From NCBI GenBank assembly GCA_024137785.1, contig JAHRHZ010000058.1, positions 17,562,599 to 17,626,598 on the forward strand: a stretch of 64,000 nt of DNA, given 5' to 3'. Source of the DNA: Ginglymostoma cirratum. Its lineage: Eukaryota. Below, in pieces: positions 13,799-25,657 of the stretch (within the stretch, counting starts at the first letter, position 1; every line of letters begins with the position of its first letter). The notes below the pieces were generated by a model. It saw nothing but the letters and a program-made list of their open reading frames with translations, was not told the origin of the DNA and ran no database searches. The translations under genes and the position numbers were made by a program.

Positions 13799-14909
13799 GT
13801 ATGGTATGATATATAGTGTTATGCAGTAAGAGCAGAAGTACTTCCAACATGTTTCTTTCCATTTTTATGGCACAGTGTTGGAACAAAGTCACAGTCAGAT
13901 TGCCATAATCATCTTTGACTATAAAAACTAAGCAGTTATTCTTTTCTTATAGTTTTTTTTAATCTTAATTTAGAAATATCAATTTCTTCCTTTTGAATAC
14001 TTTTTAAAAAACTCAATATTAATTCTTACTTATTGATAGTTGTAAATAAGCTGAACAATTAAGATGAAAGTAATATAATCAAATGGAGAGCAACTCCAGG
14101 ATCCTTTTCTAGATATCAAAAAGACACTTTCAGCTGGATTTTGCAAAAGCAGCAAAGGAATGGTACTCACTGCTTATTACATCTTGAGGATTACCCAGTG
14201 TGGCCTACACGACACTCTTAACCTCTTTCTGAACTGTCCTAACAACTCACTCCATTCAAAGCATAATTAGACATTGGCAACAAATGTTGACTTTGCCCAC
14301 ATCCCATAAGAAAATAAAGAATCACTGTACTTAGGTACGTGTGACTACAATAAATCAAATTAAAATCAAGAAAATAACGTTACATAGAGAGTTCTTGTAC
14401 TTTGAGCAGTGATTTGGGACTATTGGGAATTTTGATCCAGTTTAGTGGCCGCTCCAGGGAATCTATGATGGATGATCAGGACAAGAAAACAAGGAGGTCA
14501 TTCAAACAATCAAATTTGGCATTCATCACTGAAACATAGAGTTTTAACCAGGAATTATAATTTGGATTTAAATCGTGTGCAACAAAAACTAAGATTGGCA
14601 GAGCCAAGAGGGATTTAGAGTGAAGAATGAAAGAGATAGCAAAAGTAACATTAAAGTTTTTTTCAATCAATATCCAACACTGATTAAATTCTGAAAGAAT
14701 AAGACTTCCTCGTAAAATTAAACATTCAAGGTCAGTAGGTTGTTTGACAGTAATTTTGACTGACCACACCACTAAAAGCTAAAGTACTCATGAATGCACT
14801 AGCTCCAATTCTTCAACTACATTTAGAGGGTAAGTACTACACTTTTAAATTCTGCATTGAAATACATGTGTAGCCTATCAGTGAGGTTGTATTAGAGTGC
14901 ATTCTGCAA

Positions 14910-15142
14910 AATCTGGAATAAAAACAAAACTAGCCTAACGGCAACCATGTAACTGCTGCCGATTGTCATAAAAACCTTTGGGGAAGGAAATCTGCTGTCC
15001 TTATCTGGTTTGGTCTAGATGTGAGTCTAGACCCACAGCAATGTGGCTGACTTTTAACTGCCCTCTGGGCAATCCAGGATGAGCAAAAAAATGCTCACCT
15101 AGCCTGTGACATCCACATACCATGGATGAATTTTTTAAAAAA
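14910..15142 (+). mobile_element. 5'-truncated copy of the 56440-type SINE
   Basis: ggggaaggaaatctgctgtccttatctggtttggtctagatgtgagtctagacccacagcaatgtgg aligns to 56640-56705. Confidence 0.75.
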
Positions 15143-15789
15143 GTCTGTGGAAGCACAAAATAACTTATGCTTCTGCTTCTGGATTTCCATGTTCAATTAC
15201 ACAAACTTATTCTCTAGAAATTGTTTGTCCAATTTTATTTAATAATGGCAATTGTTGTTAATCTCACTGTGATTTTCAATGCAAAGTCCAGGATAATCAT
15301 TAACTGTGATACCATTCTGTTTTCTACCCAGCTCACCATTCTTCCTCTCCCACACATCATTCCATCAATCCACCCCTCCACATGACCATACTCTACTCCC
15401 CACAACATCTCACCATTCTCTGTCCCCATCCCAATCCAACACTGTTCTCCATCTCACCCTACCATTCTCAAACAACCTACTGCCAATAACACTCCTCACC
15501 ACCACTTTATTGCCAATCCCACCCCAGAACTGTTATTAGAACTTTGTGTTATGACAGAAAAAAAATAAATAAATGCATTGTGATGTAAAAGAAGGTAACC
15601 TAATTGCTCAAAAAGAAGATGAACTACCACATATACTCTGGCTTTTTTTAAATTTCCATAATTGATTACTGGAGCAGAGGTTGAACATTTAGAATGAGTG
15701 CTATTCTGACACTGGCAGATTAGCAGCAAATTCTCCAAGTCAGCTCTGTCTAGGGGATCATTATCGCTGTTCAAACGGTGCTGAATTAA

Positions 15790-16160
15790 TAGGACACTCA
15801 CCTCTCAGTAAAAAGATTATGCAAATTCTACCCTAGGATCTGCACACAAAAATCAATCCTGACACTCCACTGCACTAATGAGGGAGTGCTGCACTGTTGG
15901 AGGAGCAATTCTGTGAATTAGATGTTAAACTGAAGTCCCATCTGCCCCCTTAGATGAGCATACAAAATCTCTGGTGACCTGGCTGATATTTATCTGTTAA
16001 TGAGCATCACAAAAAGATAGGGTTTTATTATTTCATTTGGAACCTGACAAATTTGCTTCATTTATTTGCTACATTAATACAGTGACTACAATTTACAAGT
16101 ACTTCATTGACTTTGGGACATCCTGTGGTCACGAGAAGTACTATACAAGTGCAAATCTTT
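15790..16160 (+). mobile_element. Deu-domain SINE (SacSINE1/AmnSINE1-like)
   Basis: gagggagtgctgcactgttggagg...agatgttaaactgaagtccc Deu-like core; tail ttgggacatcctgtggtcacgagaagtactatacaagtgcaaatcttt. Confidence 0.65.
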
Positions 16161-16449
16161 TGAACAAAATCATGGTTGTCATGTACTTTGAAATACTGTA
16201 TTAATAGGGTGTACAACTGAAAATAAGACCTAATTAGCTTTAAACATTGTCAAGAACATCCTGATGTAGGTGCAACATTTGTCTGCAAAGTTGTATTTTT
16301 GAGTGAAATGTTGTTGGAAGTTGGAATTTATTCAGTCATTTTCCTCATTTGATTTAAATATCTATTTTTAGGCTTCATCTGTAATAGAGGTAAAGTGTTT
16401 TGGATTGGGTACATGATCATATTTAAATATACATGTTTTTATTAAATAG

Positions 16450-16536
16450 TACCGCCAAGCATCGTTAATGAAGATAAGATGGAAGATATGAAAATCAAGG
16501 AGAATCATAGTATTACCTTTACCTGTGATGTTTCAG
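16450..16536 (+). CDS. HMCN1: HMCN1 exon (Ig N-part), phase 1-1
   Basis: aaatag|TACCGCCA...GTTTCAG|gtaaaa; VPPSIVNEDKMEDMKIKENHSITFTCDVS; 87 nt. Confidence 0.92.
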
Positions 16537-18331
16537 GTAAAAGCACAGTAATAAATACCATGTAATTGTGAAATAGCTTACACTTCCTTCTTAAAATGTT
16601 ATTAGCAGTTGAGTGCTGTCATATGTCGCAGAAAAGGTTATTGATTGACAGCATATCATGACAACAAAGATGAGCACAGAAGACAACATTGCATGCCAAG
16701 CACCACATCTGTGTTACCTAGATCTAACATTGTGATACTGTTGACCTAAACTTTAGATTTTACTTTATCAATTTCCATTTGTAAATTGATAAAGTGATGA
16801 ATGTATGTGCTCCAGAGGACTCAATGTTAAATTTTAATACTTCTGATTCTCAGAGTGAAGATCTAAATTCAAAGATGCTCGAATCAAAATCCTATTTAGC
16901 TTTTCTTGTTAGCTCAATATATACATGACCAGATAATATGGTTTTACCCACTGGTGTGGTGCATAGACTGCGCTGAATTATTCATTCCTAGACAGGATGC
17001 TGGTAAAGTGCTATAGTTATTCCAGGCTCTCTTAGATGAGGCAGAGTGAAATGAACACATGGGTAGAATATCAGAGGGAAGACAGCGTGTTGCACAAATA
17101 CCAACTAGGGGTCTGGTCACTGAATGTTCAGTCTATCCAGCTGAGGCATTGAAGGAGAGGACCACAAGCAGTTCTGGAAGACCATTCACTGAAAGTCAAG
17201 GGAAAGTTGGTATAGACCACTGTTGTGGAGTGGAAGCTGGGAACCCCATTGTGGTGATTGGAGGCAGCATACTGGGATTCATAGATATTTACTGTTGTGA
17301 AGAGGAGATGCAATAGATCATTGAAGTGAAAGGAGTAATATGGGAGGGGCAGTCATTGATAGCACTATCCTGGCCTCCAGTGTGGAAGACAAAGGACTAC
17401 TGTATTTGGCATGTTTCCTCAATGTGCCTGGGACTCGAGGTGTGATGTAGGGAGATGAACATTTAGACAGATGGGTTGAGTGGATATTTGTGGAAGTTCA
17501 AAGCATATGGGGGATAGTGGGTGACAGCAAGTGAAGAAGTATGTTACTCACAATAGTGCAAGAGGTTCAGCATGAGGGCATGGAGAGAGAGAGAGTGTAA
17601 GGTAGCAGAGAAAAGATTGTGACACGTAATACTGGTGGAACAGAGAAGGTCATTTGCCATCCTACACTGCTGGACATTTGGCTGGACAGTTGAGATAATG
17701 ATGATTGAGATATCAAAATCTGACCAGGCTGGCAGGCTTTTGTGTCGTAGTCTCCTCTGCCAGCCCTAAAGGACATGGAAGGCTCTTCTCTCCACTACCC
17801 CATCCACTAGACCATCAGGGTCCCTATCATTAAAATGGACACCAATTTCACCTTTCATACCATGCCTGGAACAAACATCACCATACATGTAGGGCAGCTC
17901 CAGGTAAATGGTGCTTGACCAGGTGCACAATCGCTTTAAGAATTCCCAGGATATCCCAGCAGTGGCGAGGTTTTCTACCTACGGTGAGTCGGAGAATCGA
18001 ACTAGCATCAGCCAAGCAGAGTGCCAAAGAGGTATGGTTGATGAGATAGGTTTGGGATTATAGCATGAGGAAACTTGCTCGGCATTGTGGAGAAACACTG
18101 TCCATGAAACTCAATGAAAATGACACTTAGCCGATTGCTGGTAATATTCAGCCTAACTATTACTAATCCATCCAGTTTCACAGAAGACTACCTTTAATGC
18201 ATTTCTAATCAATGTTGTAATAATTTTCTTGTAAGAGTAAATGCTCCAGTTAGGGCAAAGAATCAAAGGTTTAATTAAGTTCTATGCTTAGCAAAGGATG
18301 TCATCGAATTTGTTTTCTCCTCTGTGAAAAG

Positions 18332-18523
18332 GTAACCCTGTCCCACAAATAAAATGGATGAAAGATGGTCAACCTCTAACTGAAGACCAGCAGCATCAGA
18401 TTCTATCCAGTGGGCGCTTTCTCCAGATTGAGAGTGCCCGTGTGTCTGATGCAGGTCGATATACCTGCATTGCCTCAAACACAGCTGGAGATAAGAACAA
18501 AAACTTCAACCTAAATGTTCTCG
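18332..18523 (+). CDS. HMCN1: HMCN1 exon (Ig C-part), phase 1-1
   Basis: gaaaag|GTAACCCT...GTTCTCG|gtacgt; GNPVPQIKWMKDGQPLTEDQQHQILSSGRFLQIESARVSDAGRYTCIASNTAGDKNKNFNLNVL; 192 nt. Confidence 0.94.
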
Positions 18524-19659
18524 GTACGTCTTCTGGGCTAACAATTTAAACCTACTGAATAATACAATTCGAGGTTCAAAGTACTAGAAAACTGTAAATG
18601 GTAACCTCCAAGAGCATAACGTTTTCGTAAGTGAGTGGTCTTGTTTTCGTCGGTTTTGCATATATGCCAGAAAATGTGGCTAGTCAAGTGATATTAAACC
18701 ATTATGACATGAACTCTCCCTTCTCAAGAAAAAGCAAATTACAGGCATCGGGCAAGTGCATCATTCTAGTATGAAACATTTGGGGTTTTTTTGGATCAAT
18801 TGAATGCTAGGACTAAAGGATTTGGAAACTTTACTTTGAACTGAATATTGATCTAAATGACCAATAAAATGACCTATAACCCTGGAAACCCTTAGGGCTG
18901 AGACCCCTTATTGTGTGCACAGTAGGGTTGTCAACTGTCTTGAAGTAGGAAAAGGATCTCCTAGATACTACTATTAGAAGCCTGAAACCTCCTTTGTTAT
19001 TTTGTACTGGTAGTGGCCCCTCTTCAACTATGTACTTCCTACCACCTTCAGCAATAGAATAGTTAGACATTGCCTTTTTCACCTGATCTTAGGTGGTCTC
19101 CCGGTTCTCAGAACTTCTTGCACAGTAGCTACTGGCACAAAGTCATGAGCAAAGATTTTCAACTGCAGGACAAATGTCATATGATGAAATCTCTGGGAAT
19201 TTATTCAATCAATTCTAACACAGGCCATAGAGTATCTGTTGTGCTAAGGAAAAGAAGCCTGTATGTTAACTGAAGGTGAAGCACATCAAATTTTCATTTG
19301 AATGTATTAGTCATTAGGTTTGTACTAGAAAAGTATGCCAGTTATTCAGTGCCCATTGAAAGTGCGTGCTATGGGAGCAATGATTTCTCTAGTTTGTGCT
19401 AAATTTTCATTACAACTATCCAGCTTAAATTTGCAGGAGCAAATTTGAGACTCAAATGATCATTCTTAAAAGCCTTGCTGACTTGCATGTCCTTGCAGCT
19501 GTTTTCTAGCTGCTGCCAGTGGAAAACCCAACCTTGTGACCTCAGGGTTCGTCCAATATCTCATGAGCAAAATGCTGGGAATAATACTCAAATTAGTTGA
19601 TCTTACATAAAAGATCCACAGCTGTAAAGAGTAGCAGTTCAGAAACCACTGTTCTGGCA

Positions 19660-20470
19660 CCTTATTGAGTCAATTGTGCATTTTGGGAGTCACTGGCTCT
19701 GCTGGCTATTATTACCAACCCTCGAGAAGGTGATGATGAATTGTCTTCTTGAACCACCACTGTCCATTTGGCATTGGTAAGACCACAACACTCATCCTCA
19801 CCATAATGGAGGCAATTCAAGGATTTCGAGCCAACGACACTGAAGGAAAGGCAATATATTTCAAAGTTAGAATGGTGTATGTCTTGGAAGGGAGGTTGCA
19901 AGTGGCGATCCCCATGTATTGACTGCCCTTGCCCTACTAAATGGTAGTGATCCTGTGTTTGGGAGTTCTGTCTGAGGAGCCTCAGTGAATTTCTGCAGTG
20001 CATGTTATAGGTAGTGTACACTGCTGCTATTGTTGGTGGTAGAGGGAATGGCTGGTACCACACCTACAAACAATCAAGTAGGCAACTTTGGCCTAGATAA
20101 TATCAAGCTACTTGAGTGTCATTGGGGTTGCCCTTATCCAGGAAAGTGGGAGGTTTTCCATCACACACCTGACTTGTGCATTGTAGATGGTGAGCAGGCA
20201 TTGTGGAGTCAGGAATTGACTTACTCACTGCAGGATTCCCATTCTTTGACATGCCCTAGTAGCTACAGTATTTTAATATTACTAAATCAGTATAGCTTAT
20301 GATGAATGGCAATCCCTAGGATGTTGATAGTGAGGTATTCAGCAATGATAATGCCATTGAATGTCAGGGGGAATTAGATTGTTTCTTGTTGGAGATGTTA
20401 ATTGCCTGGCATTTGTGTAGCACAAATGTTACTTGCCATTACTGAGATATTGTGCAGGTCTTTGTCCCTG
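19660..20470 (-). mobile_element. LINE (CR1/L2-clade, second family) 3' fragment
   Basis: Similar to 37430-38250 and 44220-45620; RT-like reverse-strand fragments. Confidence 0.7.
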
Positions 20471-20585
20471 CAGTATTACTCTTTGTTGTAAGACACTATT
20501 CATATTGATTCTAAATTTATAGCGAAGATAACTAAACGTTTAAATCAGCTTTATTACATATTTGCATTTGTATTTCGCTATCCAG

Positions 20586-20759
20586 TTTCTCCAAAAATTC
20601 CAGGTGTTGATGCAAAGGGAACTCCAGAGGATATTATTGTTGTTCTGAATAGCCCTGCCTCCCTTGTGTGTGAGGCACTGTCGTACCCTCCAGCAACCAT
20701 CACTTGGCTCAAAGATGGAGCACCTTTTGACTCTAACAAAAACGTCCAGATTCTTCCAG
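20586..20759 (+). CDS. HMCN1: HMCN1 exon (Ig N-half), phase 1-1
   Basis: atccag|TTTCTCCA...CTTCCAG|gtaagt; VSPKIPGVDAKGTPEDIIVVLNSPASLVCEALSYPPATITWLKDGAPFDSNKNVQILP; 174 nt. Confidence 0.95.
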
Positions 20760-20869
20760 GTAAGTACAAATTATTCTGTAACATCGTGACCAGGTTTCAT
20801 TCATAAATTACTTAAATATGGAAAAATATGCTAAAGGCTCTTAATCAGGCTCAAATTAATACAGACATA

Positions 20870-21240
20870 AGGAACAAGAAATCAGGATGAATGACAAAAA
20901 CTTGAGGGATACGTTTCAAAAAGGGTCAGTAGAGAGGAGAGAGATGTAGAAAGGTTTATGGAGGAAATACATGAATATACCTTATTAGCCCTACACAGTT
21001 GTAGGTACAGAGGCCATTAGTGGCGCAAAGAAAGGAGACAGTGTTCAAAATGCCAGAGTCAGACATCTGAATCTAGGAGAGAATTATGAGGTTGTAGGAG
21101 ATGACCAAAATGAGAAAGGGTAAGGCACGGAAGAAATCTAAACATGATTGACATTGTTAAATTTTGGAGGCATTTGGGAATTGGGAGACATTGTAGATCT
21201 GAGCAATTTCCATTGCTGGACAAGGGGCAGCTGCACAATT
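20870..21240 (-). mobile_element. L2-like 3' fragment
   Basis: Purine-rich agagaggagagagatgtagaaaggtttatggaggaaat..., typical of the reverse strand of L2 3' coding sequence. Confidence 0.4.
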
Positions 21241-21469
21241 GCCAGAATCTTACACTGCTCTGGGGGCAGATAGGCAGGAAGTATAAAATTAATGCAGTGC
21301 CACAAAATTGTTTTTGGAGCCTAGCCACCTTTCCCTACTCCTCCACAATTTCATTTGTAGCATTGGACAGTGGAACGATTGACAAGTAGCCAATTAATCA
21401 ACAGATGGAGATAACAAGCGTGGGGCTGGATGAACACAGCAGGTCAAGCAGCATCATAGGAGCAGGAAA

Positions 21470-21505
21470 ACTTGACGTTTCGGGCCTAGACCCTTCATCA
21501 GAAAT
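21470..21505 (-). ncRNA. Minimal type I hammerhead ribozyme (PLE-type)
   Basis: Reverse complement is identical to 23679-23714: atttCTGATGAagggtctaggcccGAAAcGTCaagt. Confidence 0.82.
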
Positions 21506-21773
21506 GGGGGAGGGGAAGAGGGTTCTGAAATAAATAGGGAGAGAGGGGGAGGCGGATAGAGGATGGATAGAGGAGAGGATAGGTGGAGAGGAGGCAGACA
21601 AGTCGAAGAGGCAGGGATGGAGCCAGTAAAGGTGAGTGTAGGTAGGGGGGTGGGGAGGAGATAGGTCAGTCCAGGCAGGACGGACAGGTCAAGGGGGCGG
21701 GATGATGTTAGTAGATAGGAGATGGGGGTGTGGCTTGAGGTGGGAGCAGGGGATAGGTGAGAGGAAAAATAGA

Positions 21774-22903
21774 TTAGGCAGGTGGAGATGAGCTGGGCTG
21801 GTTTTGGGATGCGGTTGAGGGAGGGGAGATTTTGAAGCTTGTGAAATCCACATTGATGCCATTGGGCTGCAGGGTTCCCAGGCTGAATATGATTTGCTGT
21901 TCCTGCAGCCTTCGGGTGGCATCACTGTGGCATTGCAGGAGGCCCAGGATGGACATGTCATCTGAGGAATGGGAGGGGGAGTTGAAATGGTTCGCGACTG
22001 GGAGGTGCAGTTGTTTGTTGCGAACTGAGCGCAGGTGTTCTGCAAAGCGGTCCCGAAGCCTCCGCTTGGTTTCCCCGATGTAGAGGAAGCCACAATGGGT
22101 ACAGCGGATGCAGTAGACCACATTGGCAGATGTGCAGGTGGACATCTGCCTGATGTGGAAAGTCTTCTTGGGGCCTGGGATTGGGGTGAGGGAGGAGGTG
22201 TGGGGGCAGGTGTAGCACTTCCTGCGGTTGCAGGGAAAAGTGCTGGGTGTGGTGCGGCTGGAGGGGAGTGTGGAGCGGACAAGGGAGTCGCGGAGGGAGT
22301 GGTCCCTCCAGAAGGCAGATAAGGGTGGGGAGGGAAAAATGTCTTTGGTGGTGGGGTCTGATTGCAGATGGCGGAAGTGTCGGAGGATGATGCGTTGGAT
22401 CCGGAGGTTGGTGGGATGGTATGTGAGGACGAGGGGGATTCCTTTTTGGTTATTATTGTGGGGACGGGGCGTGAGGGATGTGTTCCTGGAAATGCGGGAG
22501 ACACGGTCGAGGGCGTTCTCGACCACTGTTGGGGGGATGTTGCGGTCCTTGAAGAATGAGGACATTTGGAATGTATGGGAGTGGAATGTCTCATCCTGGG
22601 AGTAGATGCGGCGGAGGCAAAGGAATTGGGAATAGGGGATGGCATTTTTGCAGGAAGGTGGGTGGGAGGAGGTGTATTCCAGGTAGCTGTGGGAGTTAGT
22701 GGGCTTGAAGTGGACATCGGTTTCTAGGTGGTTACCCGAGATGGAGACAGAGAGGTCCAGGAAGGAGAGAGAAGTGTTGGAGATGGTCCAGGTGAACTTC
22801 AGGTTGGGGTGGAAGGCGTTGGTGAAGTGGATGAACTGTTCGAACTCCTCGTGGGAACACGAGGCGGCGCCGATGCAGTCATCAATGTAACGGAGGAAGA
22901 GGT
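21774..22903 (-). CDS. PLE ORF C-terminal part: RT (YIDD motif, thumb), Cys-rich linker, GIY-YIG endonuclease; 5'-truncated, no start
   Basis: Stop-free frame of about 376 codons: LFLRYIDDCI...SLSFLDL...VHFKPTNSHSYL...CNRRKCYTC...NVVYCIRCTHCGFLYIGETKRRLRDRFAEH...GTLQPNGINVDF. Confidence 0.9.
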
Positions 22904-23408
22904 GACTCCCTTGTCCGCTCCACACTCCCCTCCAGCCCCACCACACCCGGCACTTTTCCCTGCAACTGCAGGAAGTGCTACACCTGCCCCCACACCTCCT
23001 CCCTCACCCCAATCCCAGGCCCCAAGAAGACCTTCCACATCAGGCAGATTTTCACCTGCACATCTGCCAATGTGGTATACTGCATCCGCTGTACCCGTTG
23101 TGGCCTCCTCTACATCGGGGAAACCAAGCGGAGGCTTGGGGACCGCTTTGCAGAACACCTGCACTCAGTTCGCAACAAACAACTGCACCTCCCAGTCGCG
23201 AACCATTTCAACTCCCCCTCCCATTCCTCAGATGACATGTCCATCCTGGGCCTCCTGCGATGCCACCCGAAGGCTGCAGGAACAGCAAATCATATTCAGC
23301 CTGGGAACCCTGCAGCCCAATGGCATCAATGTGGATTTCACAAGCTTCAAAATCTCCCCTCCCCCAACCGCATCCCAAAACCAGCCCAGCTCATCTCCAC
23401 CTCCCTAA
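22904..23408 (+). pseudogene. Second, inverted copy of the PLE linker/GIY-YIG region with a frameshifting 11-nt deletion
   Basis: VYCIRCTRCGLLYIGETKRRLGDRFAEH is present. Near 23258 it reads cctcctgcgatgccaccc, whereas the other arm reads cctcctgcaatgccacagtgatgccaccc. Confidence 0.85.
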
Positions 23409-23678
23409 TCTGTTTTTCCTCTCACCTATCCCCTCCTCCCACCTCAAGCCACACCCCCATCTCCTATCTACTAACATCATCCCGCGCCCCCTTGACCTGT
23501 CCGTCCTCCCTGGACTGACCTATCTCCTCCCTACCCCCCTACCTACACTCACCTTTACTGGCTCCATCCCCGCCTCTTCGACTTGTCTGCCTCCTCTCCA
23601 CGTATCCTCTCCTCTATCCATCCTCTATCCGCCTCCCCCTCTCTCCCTATTTATTTCAGAACCCTCTTCCCCTCCCCC

Positions 23679-23714
23679 ATTTCTGATGAAGGGTCTAGGC
23701 CCGAAACGTCAAGT
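23679..23714 (+). ncRNA. Minimal type I hammerhead ribozyme (PLE-type)
   Basis: AUUU-CUGAUGA-A-GGGU(CUAG)GCCC-GAAA-C-GUC^AAGU. Full catalytic core, 4-bp stem II, 4-bp stem I, and a palindromic ACGU in place of stem III. Predicted cleavage after 23710. Confidence 0.82.
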
Positions 23715-25550
23715 TTTCCTGCTCCTGTGATGCTGCTTGACCTGCTGTGTTCATCCAGCCCCACGCTTGTTATCTCGGATTCTCCAGCATCTGCAGTACC
23801 TTTTATCCCCAGTCAACAGATGGAGGCCTTGTTCCATTCCTAACACACTTTTCCCACAGTCAACAGAGGGTGACATGAAGTCTGAAGGCTTTCAAATCTT
23901 ACTTTTCTAACTATTAATGGGAAAAAGAGGGAGAATACATCCTTTACATTTTCCTTGGCCTATCAGACGTCACTCCTAAAGTCTTTTGTTTCCTTCCATG
24001 TCATTGTATCCTAGACCCCATCCCCCCTGTGCCTGTTAGCCTGGCACCGCCAAACCTCTCTGAATATATTTCCCCATCTAGTTCCAGCAAAGATAACCAT
24101 CGGGGACTAGGTGCATGATTTGAGCCAGAGAACTGCTAGTCAGCTGTGCTCTGAGGTGACAGCTTTGTTTGTTACAGGTGGAAAAATGTTACCAAATATT
24201 TCCTTGATGAAGCAGATGCTTGATCCACTGCTCTTCACTCAGCTTCAGTTAGGAGAATTGCTTCTGAAGTTCCTAAGCAAATAAAATTTCCTGCTAAACC
24301 CCTTCTAAATCTCTCTCCCCATCCTGAGATAGCTTGTTTGCTGTACATGAGCTCTGTTCTTTCTCAAATTTGTTATTCAAAAGGAAATATCTAGTAGTTG
24401 CACTCGTGTTTCAGAGCAACTGATTTGTACTTAAACCTTGAAGTCAGCAAGAACTTTCTAAGTATCCTCCTTACAGATTTGTAAAACCTTATGAGAATTT
24501 ATACAAAGCACTAAACTCTTCTCTTGAAGCAATAGCTGAAAGAAATCAATGAGCAAACAATGTTTTAAGTATATAGTCATTTTAAAAATCACTGGTGGAG
24601 GTGGGTTTTTCCTGTTGGTGATCACGTGTTCAGCTTTGTAAATATAAGTTTGGAGAGTTGAGCTCAGCTGGTGTCAAAACAGTGTTGCATCCTGAAGATG
24701 GAGAAAATGAATCCAACCTCTTACCCACATATCTTTTCAAGTACGGCGATGAATTTAATGTTGGCAATAAATTTTTCTGTGTTCTGCCAGACCTTAAAGA
24801 TTGAGAATCAGGGAACCTTTTTGAATTACAGTTTTGGCAAGGATTTATGTGCATGCCAATGTCAGTGTTTGACTCCTTGGATGAAATGTGCCATTTTACA
24901 ATATCAAACTTAATTTGTTTGGCCAAAGCCCAGAAAAAGTCTGAATATTTGAACTCAGTGGAAATATTTTGCTTAAACACTATCATACAGCCAAACTATC
25001 CACATGGCATTCCTTCCAGAATACCAACAAATGGTCACTTGGACTGAAATCAAATGATAGATATGCCAAATGGTCTTTTATTGAATTAATTCTGGTGATG
25101 AGGAACGTCAGTCAGTTGGTAACTAAACTGGTGCACTTCAGGGTGACCATTAACAATTCTGAAAGATAGCAAACATAGCATGAAAGTTTATTTATTTTCA
25201 TTTTAATCAATGCATGTTTCACTATATAAGCAATTAGGAGAATGGTATATTTAGGTTGAGATGATTAGACTATTTTGCCTTTGCATATGATTTGACTATT
25301 ATGTTTTTGTATATAATTAGATTATGTTGTCTTTGTAATTCTATTTCATTTTATTGTGGTCATATATTTTATTACCATAATAATTGATATCTGACAAATA
25401 GCGCAACTGCTGTGTAATTCCTAGTTAAGACATATGACAACTTGCTTAAATGTGTAAGTGGAATGAAACTTCTAAACTATTAGAAAGTTTGATGTACTAC
25501 AAGAAAGCATGATTGATTTATTAATAAGTATCTAATTCCATACCCGTATT

Positions 25551-25657
25551 ATGCTGAGAAAATGCAATAAGTCTGGCAGCATCTGTGGAGAGAGAAAGAG
25601 AAGCCAGCACTCTCTGCTTTATTTCAGATTTCCAGCATCTGCAATATTTTGCTTTCA
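25551..25657. mobile_element. Internally deleted mini-PLE remnant
   Basis: gtctggcagcatctgtggagagag...tcagatttccagcatctgcaatattttgc matches the tails of the other copies. Confidence 0.6.

Larger units (their letters stand above)
21408..23812. mobile_element. Penelope-like element (probably Neptune group): 5'-truncated, head-to-head inverted double insertion
   Basis: Minus-strand arm 21408-22903 and plus-strand arm 22904-23812 are near-identical inverted copies over about 870 bp, with 3' tails pointing outward. Flanked by the direct repeat TCAACAGATGGAG (21398-21410 and 23813-23825). Contains RT and GIY-YIG coding sequence and hammerhead motifs. Confidence 0.93.

Noticed and set aside
13539-13892. 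Short minus-strand ORFs overlapping exons (e.g. 168-356, 13539-13892, 20578-20784, 63391-63639)
   Set aside because: Antisense shadows of HMCN1 exons with no independent coding signal.
21689-22717. 342-aa Pro/Ser/Thr-rich ORF (and the 226-aa ORF at 22728-23408)
   Set aside because: Alternative-frame or antisense read-through of the C-rich PLE sequence; no domain signature. The real frame is 21774-22903.
22904-22946. N-terminal MWWGWRGVWSGQG of the 390-aa ORF as a true start
   Set aside because: It is the antisense of the inverted second arm, an accident of the junction. The RT is 5'-truncated just before YIDD.
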